Source: a virus (Duplodnaviria > Caudoviricetes). Taken from it: a stretch of DNA of 64,000 bases. Both the position numbers and the translations under genes were made by a program. Shown here piece by piece: positions 28,671-37,864 of the stretch. The stretch covers positions 32,001-96,000 of IMG/VR virus record IMGVR_UViG_3300006127_001273. One strand, 5' to 3'. The first letter of the stretch is position 1; every line of letters starts with the position of its first letter. Under the pieces are notes generated by a model. It was not told the origin of the DNA. It saw only the letters and a list, made by a program, of their open reading frames with translations, and did no database searches.

Positions 28671-29184
28671 TTATTCAACCGGAACTACAGATAATGTTAC
28701 ATTTTTTACCGGAGTTGAAATTGAAAAGACTCCTGCTTACGGAAAGCAAACGCTTTTCGTAGTGGGACTACATCCGGTAAACACAATTGAAGAAGTATTA
28801 GCCGAAACTACATATGATACAAGGCATATCTTTTTTGGCGCTAATCATAGTTTTAATCCGCGAATTTCCGAAGATTGGGATCAATGGGAAAAAATGATAA
28901 CTCACTTTTTAGAGAAAGGTTACTTGTGTTCATTAGACATCCCGTTATCACATGCTGAAGAGTTTAATGAAGGGGGATTGTGCAGTTACGGCACTTTTAT
29001 TCCGCAAATTAGAATACCATTGCCTTACATGCAACTTTGGAATTATAATACTATGATCAAACTCGATGATAAAGGATTTAATGCAACTAATCCTGGTGTT
29101 TGGAGTCATAGTTTACATGAGCTGAAGGATCGTGAGAATTTTACTTCATGGTATGATTATAAAAATGACAGAATTATTAAATAA
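28660..29184 (+). CDS. Hypothetical protein coupled to dpdA
   Basis: Overlaps the dpdA stop; 'HIFFGANHSF', 'NPGVWSH'. Confidence 0.65.
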   Translation: MKRNYSTGTTDNVTFFTGVEIEKTPAYGKQTLFVVGLHPVNTIEEVLAETTYDTRHIFFGANHSFNPRISEDWDQWEKMITHFLEKGYLCSLDIPLSHAEEFNEGGLCSYGTFIPQIRIPLPYMQLWNYNTMIKLDDKGFNATNPGVWSHSLHELKDRENFTSWYDYKNDRIIK

Positions 29185-29200
29185 GATTCGTTCTTATCTA

Positions 29201-29229
29201 TTGACATATTATAATGTATTTGTTACAAT
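29201..29229 (+). promoter_or_regulatory. sigma70-type promoter
   Basis: TTGACA-17 nt-TACAAT with an extended -10 TG. Confidence 0.75.
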
Positions 29230-29258
29230 AAACTATAAATTAACAATAAAGAACAAAA

Positions 29259-29636
29259 ATGAGTCAACAAGAAACTAATATGATTTGGGTAACGTTTAGA
29301 AAGGAGGGCATCCATGCATACCCTGCTGCACTAACCGAACCTGCACTCGAGGATGTTAAATTTTTAGGACATCCTCATAGACATATGTTTCATTTTAAAG
29401 TTTGGATTCAAGTATATCACGATGACAGAGATATCGAATTCATTCTATTTAAACGCGAGCTCGAAGGGTTATATAACAACTCTGTACTTGAGCTTAACAA
29501 CAAATCTTGCGAAATGATTGCTCGTGATTTATACGAAGAAATCCATCGCAGATATCCAGGCCGCGAGGTTTGTATCGATGTAAGTGAAGATGGCGAAAAC
29601 GGCTGCTTCATTAAATTTCCTTTCACTATATTTTAA
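29259..29636 (+). CDS. QueD-paralog T-fold protein (DpdL-type)
   Basis: 'LGHPHRHMF' fits LxxxHRHxF in place of the QueD CxxxHGH; also 'SCEMIA' and 'VSEDGENG'. Confidence 0.7.
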   Translation: MSQQETNMIWVTFRKEGIHAYPAALTEPALEDVKFLGHPHRHMFHFKVWIQVYHDDRDIEFILFKRELEGLYNNSVLELNNKSCEMIARDLYEEIHRRYPGREVCIDVSEDGENGCFIKFPFTIF

Positions 29637-29650
29637 GAGATAATAATAAA

Positions 29651-29923
29651 ATGGCTAACAACGAGAGATATTCAAACAAGCAATCTAAGCAAACTTATTT
29701 TGAACGTCGACCCGATATTGTTAAGATCTTTGATGATCTTGAAGCATACCTTAATTTTTGCCGCATTGAACTGTTGCCATACAATCCGGCAGACTTGTAT
29801 AATAAACACGCAAAAACTTGGCAGATTTACGAGCGCGAAGTAAAGGGTCATAAGCGTCCATGGAATAACGACCGCCGTAATCAAAAGCAAGGTGCAAGAG
29901 TTAATAAGCCAAGGTCACACTGA
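29651..29923 (+). CDS. Hypothetical protein
   Basis: 90-aa ORF, 'IFDDLEAYLNFCR'. Confidence 0.6.
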   Translation: MANNERYSNKQSKQTYFERRPDIVKIFDDLEAYLNFCRIELLPYNPADLYNKHAKTWQIYEREVKGHKRPWNNDRRNQKQGARVNKPRSH

Positions 29924-31008
29924 TGACTATCTTTCTAGTTGACTTAGAGGCGGTTTCGACACGATACACAGAACAATGGAAGGCCTATGTACCGCTTCTG
30001 CTACAAGAACAAGGACATAAAGTACATGTTATTTCAGGCCCTACTGATATCCCAAATGATACTACTCCTGGTGCTTTTCTCAATTTTGCTGGCACCAATA
30101 TCTATAAGGCTGCACAAGTTGAGGCTATGGCTAGATTGTTCTCCGAAGGCAAGGTGGTTGCTGGCGATCATTTTATTTTCACAGATGCTTGGCATCCTGG
30201 CGTTATCAACTTAAAGTACATGAGTGAATTGTTACAAATTCCTGTAACAATTCACGCACTGTGGCATGCTGGTAGTTATGATCCGCAAGACTTTTTAGGT
30301 AGACTCATTGGTGATGAACCGTGGGTACGTCACGCTGAACAAAGTTTCTTCCACGCGATCGATCATAATTACTTTGCTACAGATTTTCATATAGACATGT
30401 TCTTTGAGAACTTATTAGGTGTTAATTTCAATCCCGGATTTAATGTTGCAAATAAAGTAGTACGCACTGGCTGGCCGATGGAATATATGGAATCTACATT
30501 AGATCCGTTTAAGAATATGGCTAAACGAGATTTAATTTTATTTCCGCATCGAATTGCTCCAGAAAAGCAAGTAGAGATTTTTAAAGACCTCGAAAAAAGT
30601 TTGCCGCAATACGAGTTTGTTGTTTGCCAAGAAAATAAATTAACAAAAGATCAATACCACACATTGCTAGGTGAATCAAAAATGGTCTTTAGTGCTAATT
30701 TACAAGAAACCCTCGGCATTAGCATGTATGAAGGTGCGATTGTAAATTCAATTCCATTAGTGCCGGATAGATTAAGTTATTCCGAAATGTACATCGACGA
30801 ATTTAAGTATCCTAGCGAATGGACGCTATCGTGGGATCATTATATTGCCAACAAAGATAAAGTTTGTCAGCATATTACAGATCTTATGACAGATTATGAT
30901 TCTATCACTAGTAAGATAGAACAACAAAAAGAGGTCCTGCGAGATAAGTTTTTCTCAGCAGGTGTATTAATCGAGCATATTAAATGGCCACAACAGCTAC
31001 TACAATAA
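29923..31008 (+). CDS. GT-B (family 4-like) glycosyltransferase
   Basis: 'HRIAPEK' and an E-x7-E motif 'ETLGISMYE'. Confidence 0.8.
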   Translation: MTIFLVDLEAVSTRYTEQWKAYVPLLLQEQGHKVHVISGPTDIPNDTTPGAFLNFAGTNIYKAAQVEAMARLFSEGKVVAGDHFIFTDAWHPGVINLKYMSELLQIPVTIHALWHAGSYDPQDFLGRLIGDEPWVRHAEQSFFHAIDHNYFATDFHIDMFFENLLGVNFNPGFNVANKVVRTGWPMEYMESTLDPFKNMAKRDLILFPHRIAPEKQVEIFKDLEKSLPQYEFVVCQENKLTKDQYHTLLGESKMVFSANLQETLGISMYEGAIVNSIPLVPDRLSYSEMYIDEFKYPSEWTLSWDHYIANKDKVCQHITDLMTDYDSITSKIEQQKEVLRDKFFSAGVLIEHIKWPQQLLQ

Positions 31009-31400
31009 ATTTACCGCATCCGTATACAATTACAAATGGTACATCAGGGGCAACATTAACATCTAATCTTGGAGTAAATGGTGCTAGTGTTAGTTGGACT
31101 ACTCCTAACACTAATTTTATTAATGGTACAGGTAAAACAGTAATGACAATTCCTCACGGTGGAGACGAAATTATTGTAGAGCCGAATGCAGCATTAGTTG
31201 TAAAAGGGTCAGTTAAAATAAACGGAGTAGATTTGGAAGAAAGATTAGAAAGAATTGAAACACTCTTACATATTCCAACCCGTGATACAGCAATGGAAAA
31301 TGAATTTCCTAAGTTAAAGAAACTGTGGGAAGAATATAATCAAGAATTAGAAAAATATAAAACTTGGAAAAGGCTAAACAATGGACAAGAGAAGAATTAA
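30984..31400 (+). CDS. Hypothetical protein
   Basis: Thr/Gly-rich N-terminus and coiled-coil C-terminus; overlaps both neighbours. Confidence 0.6.
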   Translation: MATTATTINLPHPYTITNGTSGATLTSNLGVNGASVSWTTPNTNFINGTGKTVMTIPHGGDEIIVEPNAALVVKGSVKINGVDLEERLERIETLLHIPTRDTAMENEFPKLKKLWEEYNQELEKYKTWKRLNNGQEKN

Positions 31401-31908
31401 GCATAAAGAATTTAAGAAACTAGTACAAGACATCTGCAATCAAATCGAAAAGAGCAATTGGAAGCCTGACTATATTGTAGGTATTACACGAGGTGGATTA
31501 ATGCCTGCGTTGTATATTAGTCATTATCTCAAGGTTCCTATGAATACTTTAAAGATTAATCTTAGAGACCATACAGAAAACGATTGTGAAACTAATTGCT
31601 GGATGGCCGACGATGCATATGGATATAATGGAGATATTGATCAGCAAGTTTGCAAAAATATTCTAGTAGTAGACGACATTAATGATACCGGTGCAACACT
31701 TAATTGGTTAATGGCTGATTGGCAGTCTAGTTGTTTGCCCAACGACGCACGATGGGATCATGTGTGGAATCAAAATGTAAAATTTGCAGTACTAGTCGAT
31801 AATTTATCGAGTGATTGCAAAGTAAAAATGGACTTTTGCGGAATGGAAATTAACAAAGCCGAACAGGACGTTTGGATTGATTTTCCATATGAATCATGGT
31901 GGAAATAA
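31381..31908 (+). CDS. Purine phosphoribosyltransferase (Gpt/Xpt-like)
   Basis: 'IVGITRGGL', PRPP loop 'LVVDDINDTGATL', 'WIDFPYE'. Confidence 0.85.
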   Translation: MDKRRIKHKEFKKLVQDICNQIEKSNWKPDYIVGITRGGLMPALYISHYLKVPMNTLKINLRDHTENDCETNCWMADDAYGYNGDIDQQVCKNILVVDDINDTGATLNWLMADWQSSCLPNDARWDHVWNQNVKFAVLVDNLSSDCKVKMDFCGMEINKAEQDVWIDFPYESWWK

Positions 31909-32072
31909 TGACCGAATTAACTGCACAACAACTAAGAGAAAAGATTGAACAAGTTAAAAAGGATGTTGAGTTAGTAAGAAATTCTGCAGACTCGGGTCAC
32001 AAGATTGATATTATGTATCAATACATCGAATATTTAGAAGACGAATTACAAATTGCAGAAAGTAAACGTTGA
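31908..32072 (+). CDS. Small coiled-coil protein (54 aa), absent from the ORF track
   Basis: TAATG coupling; MTELTAQQLREKIEQVKKD...YIEYLEDELQIAESKR. Confidence 0.55.
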   Translation: MTELTAQQLREKIEQVKKDVELVRNSADSGHKIDIMYQYIEYLEDELQIAESKR

Positions 32073-32097
32073 CCTATTCTAAATAAGAATGTATATT
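32069..32097 (+). promoter_or_regulatory. sigma70-type promoter with CTAAATA in the spacer
   Basis: TTGACC-17 nt-TATATT. Confidence 0.6.
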
Positions 32098-32141
32098 AAT
32101 AAGAATATGGCAATCCACTGCCTTATCATCGGAGAATAATA

Positions 32142-32831
32142 ATGGATAAAGAAAATAAGTTAATTAGCAATATAATTCGCCAACGTATTGTATTAGACAA
32201 CAAGAGATTTCACTGCAATGATAACATTGCAGATTACATCAAAGAAGGCGAACTAGATTTGTTAGTAGATGAGGTTGCGGATAAATTCGAAGATGTCCTC
32301 GATTCATTAGTGATTGACATCGACCACGATCACAATACACACGATACTGCAAGACGTGTTGCTAAAATGATGGTGCTTGAAACATTTAGTGGCAGATATC
32401 GTCCAGTTCCAAAAGTAACTGCATTTCCTAATATGGGATATAAGAGCTTGTATACTACTGGTCCAATTTCAATTCGGTCAACTTGCGCACATCACTTCCA
32501 GAATATTGTAGGCAAGTGTTGGGTAGGTATTGTACCAGACGAAGAAGTAATTGGATTGAGTAAATTTAACAGACTTGTTCATCATATTTGCGAACGTCCT
32601 CAAATTCAAGAAGAAATGACTACACAAATTGCACAAGCATTACAGGAGTATGCAAAAACTCCGCATATTGCTGTTGTAGTAAAAGCAGAGCATCACTGCA
32701 TGACAATGCGAGGAGTTAAGGAACACGAAAGTGATATGACAACTGCAATTATGATGGGTGCATTTGAATCCGATGCTGCATTAAAGAAAGAATTTTATGA
32801 TATTTGCTTGTCAATGAAAGGGCACAAATAA
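32142..32831 (+). CDS. folE: GTP cyclohydrolase I
   Basis: 'TARRVAK', 'STCAHH', 'IGLSKFNR', 'RPQIQE', 'HHCMTMRGV'. Confidence 0.95.
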   Translation: MDKENKLISNIIRQRIVLDNKRFHCNDNIADYIKEGELDLLVDEVADKFEDVLDSLVIDIDHDHNTHDTARRVAKMMVLETFSGRYRPVPKVTAFPNMGYKSLYTTGPISIRSTCAHHFQNIVGKCWVGIVPDEEVIGLSKFNRLVHHICERPQIQEEMTTQIAQALQEYAKTPHIAVVVKAEHHCMTMRGVKEHESDMTTAIMMGAFESDAALKKEFYDICLSMKGHK

Positions 32832-33904
32832 TGAAGATTTCTAAAATTCCAGGATTAGGTCGATTTGGAATTTTTATCGACGATCTCGATTTTAACCATT
32901 TATCGGATGAAGAATGGTTATACATTGGAGATTTACATCTCAACAATCTTGTAACTATTATCCGTAACTGCAATCTAAAATGGCAAGATCAGATAGAATG
33001 GTGTACAAAATGGGGTGATACTCGATACGGTATAAGATACTTAATTCTTAAAAAATATACTGGGTTAACTTGGTCAGAATGTGTTCAAGCAGCACTTAAC
33101 GACGATCCCAAAATAGATGCAATCGATCGGATTAGATTAAAAGCAATTGCTAATATGCAAGAGTTAGATCATGATACCGGAAAACACATTATGCGGATCA
33201 CTGGAAAAAAAGATAAGGATGGGAATCCGTTAGGAATGTTTTCCGAAGGAGAACTCTTATGGCATTCAAATGAGAGTGGAACATTAACATTTACACCAGG
33301 AGTAGCATTATTAGCATCTGAGAACGTTATCGGATCGTCAACCGGATTTCTTACTACAACCGATTATTATGAATCTGTTAGTGAAAGTTTTCGTTCTGAA
33401 CTCGACGAAATGATTCTTATACATCGTTTTACTCCCGGAAAAATTAATCCGGGATTAAGAGCCGATCAAGATGAAGTCATGCATGGAAATATGTGTCCAG
33501 TAGACGATGTCGAAATTCCAATGGTCATTCAAAGTCCTGGCGGGATTAACGGATTACATTATTCCATTAATACTGTTTGGTCAATCAAAGGCATGAGTAA
33601 AGAAGATTCTGACAAAGTATTTGCAGAGATAGACAAAAATTTATTTGTTGAAAAATACATATACGATCATTGGTATCAATCTGATAATGATTTTTTGCTG
33701 TTTGATAATAGTATTACATTACACCGAAGATTAGGTGATATTAAGAATAGATTATGTTACCGTGTACAACATGATTATAGTAATCTGCAAAAATCAGCAT
33801 GGCAACCTTATTATCAACCAGAAATTGCTAAAAGATATAAAGACGAAATTGCTTATTATATCGATTTAGCGGATATTAAAAATTTTAAACTGCCGGATGA
33901 ATAA
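32831..33904 (+). CDS. TauD/TfdA-like Fe(II)/2-oxoglutarate dioxygenase
   Basis: 'LLWHSNE' and 'HWYQ..DFLLFDNSITLHRR'; translationally coupled to folE (TAATG). Confidence 0.75.
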   Translation: MKISKIPGLGRFGIFIDDLDFNHLSDEEWLYIGDLHLNNLVTIIRNCNLKWQDQIEWCTKWGDTRYGIRYLILKKYTGLTWSECVQAALNDDPKIDAIDRIRLKAIANMQELDHDTGKHIMRITGKKDKDGNPLGMFSEGELLWHSNESGTLTFTPGVALLASENVIGSSTGFLTTTDYYESVSESFRSELDEMILIHRFTPGKINPGLRADQDEVMHGNMCPVDDVEIPMVIQSPGGINGLHYSINTVWSIKGMSKEDSDKVFAEIDKNLFVEKYIYDHWYQSDNDFLLFDNSITLHRRLGDIKNRLCYRVQHDYSNLQKSAWQPYYQPEIAKRYKDEIAYYIDLADIKNFKLPDE

Positions 33905-34487
33905 ACTGTATTTTGGATTATTACCGTCGGGTACAATTTCAGATGCATTTATAATAGGAGTTGCAGGGTTTGATAATACATTCGTCAAACCTTGTATTCC
34001 AGAATTAACATCTAACGGAACATTAGTGTATAGGAGCCACGAGGATTATGTAATAGATTTTAGTTATCCGTTCAATCCATTAATGTTTCGTTCAATCGAT
34101 TGGGCAACAAAGATTGATCAATTAACAACATTTTTAGATAATACAAATAAAAATATTTGGATCGGATCCACTCGCCCAGAGCAATTAGACATCATTAAAT
34201 CATCATTGGGCGAACGATCGGTAACTGTTTCAATTAACTATGACGAATCATTATATCAAACAGTTCTTAAAAACTATCAATCTTTCATTACCGAACAACC
34301 AATGAATTTAGATACATCCTTATTGCCAAGATCAAAAAGTCACAAGGCTGATTACACTTTGGACTTACGCGATCTATATAACCAATCTAAATTTATCAAT
34401 CACTTATTGAATATCAACATCAACATCAACGATGAAAAAATGCAATACTACAATTCATGGTTGACTTTACAACAAAATAGTATATAA
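33897..34487 (+). CDS. Hypothetical protein
   Basis: Overlaps the dioxygenase stop. Confidence 0.6.
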   Translation: MNKLYFGLLPSGTISDAFIIGVAGFDNTFVKPCIPELTSNGTLVYRSHEDYVIDFSYPFNPLMFRSIDWATKIDQLTTFLDNTNKNIWIGSTRPEQLDIIKSSLGERSVTVSINYDESLYQTVLKNYQSFITEQPMNLDTSLLPRSKSHKADYTLDLRDLYNQSKFINHLLNINININDEKMQYYNSWLTLQQNSI

Positions 34488-34493
34488 TAAATT

Positions 34494-35351
34494 ATGAATA
34501 AAATTAAAGTCTCAGAGATATTTTATAGTTTACAAGGAGAAGGACGCTTTATGGGTGTGCCTTCTGTTTTCATGAGAACATACGGTTGTAACTTTCAATG
34601 CCAAGGATTTGGGATGCCGAAGGGAGAACTAAGTCAAGAAGTCGAACCAATTGCGTATGATCATACAAATTATGCACCGTATACGTCATACGAAAATCTA
34701 CCGCTAGTATCTACTGGATGCGATAGTTATGCAAGTTGGCATCCTGCATTTAAAAATCTTAGTCCGTTTGTAGAAGTAACCGAACTTGTTGAAAAGATGC
34801 TAAATCTTCTTCCATATAAAAAATGGGAAGATGAACATCTTGTAATTACAGGCGGCGAACCGTTGTTAGGATGGCAACGGGCATATCCTAGTTTATTGTC
34901 GCATAGTAAAATGCACGGACTTAAAGATGTAACATTCGAAACAAATGGTACTCAACCGCTTAGTGAAGAATTTAAAATATTTTTACGCACTTGGAGATTG
35001 AGAGACTATACTAAAGAAATTACATTTAGTGTTAGCGCAAAGTTAAGTTGTTCGGGCGAACCTAGAGAAAAAGCAATCCGCCCGGAAGTAGTGTGTGATT
35101 ATGAAACTGTCGGATTTACATATCTTAAGTTCGTAGTTGCTACAGAAGAAGATGTTGAAGAAGCAATCGAAACTGCGGACATTTATCGTGCAGAAGGTTT
35201 TACAGGACCTGTATATTTAATGCCAGTAGGCGGTGTTAATGAAGTCTACAATTTAAATGCAAAACGTGTAGCGGAACTTGCATTACAAAACGGATTACGA
35301 TATAGTGACCGTTTACATTTACCGCTATTTGGAAATAGCTGGGGAACATAA
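34494..35351 (+). CDS. queE: 7-carboxy-7-deazaguanine synthase (radical SAM)
   Basis: 'EIFYSLQGEG', C-x3-C...GCDS, 'ITGGEPLL', 'ETNGT', 'RLH'. Confidence 0.9.
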   Translation: MNKIKVSEIFYSLQGEGRFMGVPSVFMRTYGCNFQCQGFGMPKGELSQEVEPIAYDHTNYAPYTSYENLPLVSTGCDSYASWHPAFKNLSPFVEVTELVEKMLNLLPYKKWEDEHLVITGGEPLLGWQRAYPSLLSHSKMHGLKDVTFETNGTQPLSEEFKIFLRTWRLRDYTKEITFSVSAKLSCSGEPREKAIRPEVVCDYETVGFTYLKFVVATEEDVEEAIETADIYRAEGFTGPVYLMPVGGVNEVYNLNAKRVAELALQNGLRYSDRLHLPLFGNSWGT

Positions 35352-35842
35352 TGGGAATAAAGAAATTTTTTAAAGATGTAACAGGTGTTACTGCTAGAGA
35401 AGAACAGCAGAAGAAAGATGAAGAAGAACGGCTTGCTTTAGTTCGAAAGGCTAATGCGGCTATGAAAAAAGAAAAAGCCGAAGCTCGAAAAAAGGCAAAG
35501 GACGAACAACTTCGTAAGGAAAAAGAAGCAGAAGCACTACTTACTCCAAAGGAACTTGCAACTAAAAGAGGAGAACCATGGGTAGATGTTATCGGATTTA
35601 AAGTTAATCCCGATGATATACGATTCGGCTTTTTTGAAATTGACTGGAACGACCAATGGGTGTTAAAATTAAAGCAAGAAGGATATGGGGCAGATGGCGA
35701 TCCGGATGACGAAATTATTGCTCGATGGTTCCGCGATATTCTGTTGTCTGCTGCTGTAGAAGAAGGTATCGATCCTGATTCTATACTAGCAGGATCGATA
35801 GACATTAGAAAAGCAGTTACAAAAGATTCAGAGGGTTCATGA
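35351..35842 (+). CDS. Hypothetical protein
   Basis: Charged coiled coil, then 'GEPWV...GFFEIDWND'. Confidence 0.65.
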   Translation: MGIKKFFKDVTGVTAREEQQKKDEEERLALVRKANAAMKKEKAEARKKAKDEQLRKEKEAEALLTPKELATKRGEPWVDVIGFKVNPDDIRFGFFEIDWNDQWVLKLKQEGYGADGDPDDEIIARWFRDILLSAAVEEGIDPDSILAGSIDIRKAVTKDSEGS

Positions 35843-36825
35843 CATTTATTATTGTTGATACAGCAAATACATTCTTTCGTTCAAGACATGTTGTGAGAGG
35901 TGATGGCGACATTAAAGTCGGCATGGCCCTTCATATTATGTTTAACAGCATTAAAAAAGCATGGAATGATTTTGACGGAAAGCATGTGATTTTTTGCCTC
36001 GAAGGCCGCAGTTGGCGTAAGGATTTCTACGAACCATACAAACGTAATCGAGCAGAAGTTCGTGCAGCCATGTCTGAAAAAGAAGTTGAAGAAGACAAGC
36101 TATTTTGGGAAACGTTTGACGAATTTAAAAATTTTATCAATGACAAAACTAACTGTACTGTTTTAAGACATCCGAATCTTGAAGCAGACGATCTAATTGC
36201 AGGATTTATTCAAAGTCATCCAGAATCTGATCATGTTATTATCAGTAGCGATTCAGACTTCTATCAATTGCTTGCATCTAATGTAAAGCAATACAATGGC
36301 ATTACTGAAGAATTGCATACAATCGAAGGCATCTTTGATAAAAAAGGCAAACCAGTTATTGATAAAAAGACAAAGGAACCAAAGACTACGCCAAATCCAG
36401 AATGGTTGCTTTTTGAAAAGTGTATTCGAGGTGATACTAGTGACAACATTTTTAGTGCATATCCGGGTGTACGAACCAACGGTACTAAAAATAAAATCGG
36501 ACTACTAGAAGCATTTGACGATCGTAATGGTAAAGGTTTTGCATGGAACAATCTCATGCTACAACGATGGACTGATCATAATGGCGTAGAACATCGAGTT
36601 AAAGACGATTATGATAGAAATCGTGTGCTAATCGATCTTAATCATCAACCAGATAATATTCGTCAAATCATTACTGAAACAATTAATGAAAACTGCAAGC
36701 CGAAAGAAGTAACACAAGTCGGTATTCGTATGTTAAAATTCTGTAGTTCATTTGATATGCAGAAGATTGCAGAAAGTATCCAACATTACGCAGAACCATT
36801 CCAAGCAAAATATCCACAGGTGTAA
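35839..36825 (+). CDS. 5'-3' exonuclease / T4 RNase H-like flap endonuclease
   Basis: 'IVD.AN', 'WRKDFY..YK.NR', 'EADD', 'SSDSDF.QL', 'GDTSDNI'. Confidence 0.9.
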   Translation: MTFIIVDTANTFFRSRHVVRGDGDIKVGMALHIMFNSIKKAWNDFDGKHVIFCLEGRSWRKDFYEPYKRNRAEVRAAMSEKEVEEDKLFWETFDEFKNFINDKTNCTVLRHPNLEADDLIAGFIQSHPESDHVIISSDSDFYQLLASNVKQYNGITEELHTIEGIFDKKGKPVIDKKTKEPKTTPNPEWLLFEKCIRGDTSDNIFSAYPGVRTNGTKNKIGLLEAFDDRNGKGFAWNNLMLQRWTDHNGVEHRVKDDYDRNRVLIDLNHQPDNIRQIITETINENCKPKEVTQVGIRMLKFCSSFDMQKIAESIQHYAEPFQAKYPQV

Positions 36826-36826
36826 G

Positions 36827-37306
36827 ATGACAGAGATTCATGCAAAACCAGTAATCGAAGGTAAGTACTGGATTGTAGAACAAGACGGTGCAAAAATTGC
36901 AACCCTTCAAAAGAAAGAAAATAATAAGTTTGTGTTGAGCAGCCATACTGGAGACGTGATGTTTAATAAAAAAGAAGACATTACTAAACAATTCGGTAAT
37001 GATTTTTTCTTGCATAGTCCAAAAGTAAAAGTTACAAAAGCTGCTCCAAAAGAAGTTCACGGTTATCCTACTTCTTGCAAACCACATAATCCAATGTACG
37101 ATATTAAACGAAAACTACCGTTGTTCACTAAAAGTGATCAAAGTAAAAGCCTTTATTGTGCAGGATATTATGTAATTAAGTTTGACAAAGGTTGGGTTAA
37201 AAGTTTTTGTCCAAAGGTAATTACAATCGAGAGATATCCTTACAAAGGTCCATTTAAGACCGAAAATGAAATGAAGACGGTGTTAACAAATGCAAAATCA
37301 GATTAA
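36827..37306 (+). CDS. Hypothetical protein
   Basis: ATG at 36827 immediately after the upstream stop. Confidence 0.65.
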   Translation: MTEIHAKPVIEGKYWIVEQDGAKIATLQKKENNKFVLSSHTGDVMFNKKEDITKQFGNDFFLHSPKVKVTKAAPKEVHGYPTSCKPHNPMYDIKRKLPLFTKSDQSKSLYCAGYYVIKFDKGWVKSFCPKVITIERYPYKGPFKTENEMKTVLTNAKSD

Positions 37307-37538
37307 TCTAACTCCAATTACACAGTTTATACAACAGGTAAGAGCTGCTGAATTAAGCCAAGCAAAAGAAATAAAATTAAGCATTCAGCAAGCTAGATTA
37401 TTAACACTTGCATTAACCGAAATTATGGACAAGATGATTCAAGATTATGAAAGCATGTTTAATGATCTTAAGAAGCATGTCGAAACCGATGCCGAAGTTG
37501 TATCCGTATCAATGGATGGCGGCTCATTTGAAGACTAA
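37290..37538 (+). CDS. Hypothetical protein
   Basis: Coupled ORF ending 'MDGGSF'. Confidence 0.6.
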   Translation: MQNQINLTPITQFIQQVRAAELSQAKEIKLSIQQARLLTLALTEIMDKMIQDYESMFNDLKKHVETDAEVVSVSMDGGSFED

Positions 37539-37576
37539 AAATATGATAAATATATACGTAGTTAATCGGAGGTCCT

Positions 37577-37864
37577 ATGTCAAGACCAAAACCGCGTATC
37601 ATATTAGAACATATTAACAAAAAGAATTATAAAGCAGAACAAATCTTAGAAGCGGATGCAATCTGGGCTGTCTTTTACAAAGGACAGCCTTTTAACCTAA
37701 AGAGCTTCAATAGTTTAACAAGCTACCCTGGGCCAAAATATAAAAAGGTTAGTTTTAGTAATCAAGGTCATGCGCATAACTTAGCTAAAAAATTAAATTC
37801 CACATTTAATACAGAAGATTTTGAAGTCTATAAACTTACTACAGGCACACCAGTGAAAAAATGA
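37577..37864 (+). CDS. Hypothetical basic protein
   Basis: GGAGG RBS; GATAAATA at 37545. Confidence 0.7.
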   Translation: MSRPKPRIILEHINKKNYKAEQILEADAIWAVFYKGQPFNLKSFNSLTSYPGPKYKKVSFSNQGHAHNLAKKLNSTFNTEDFEVYKLTTGTPVKK

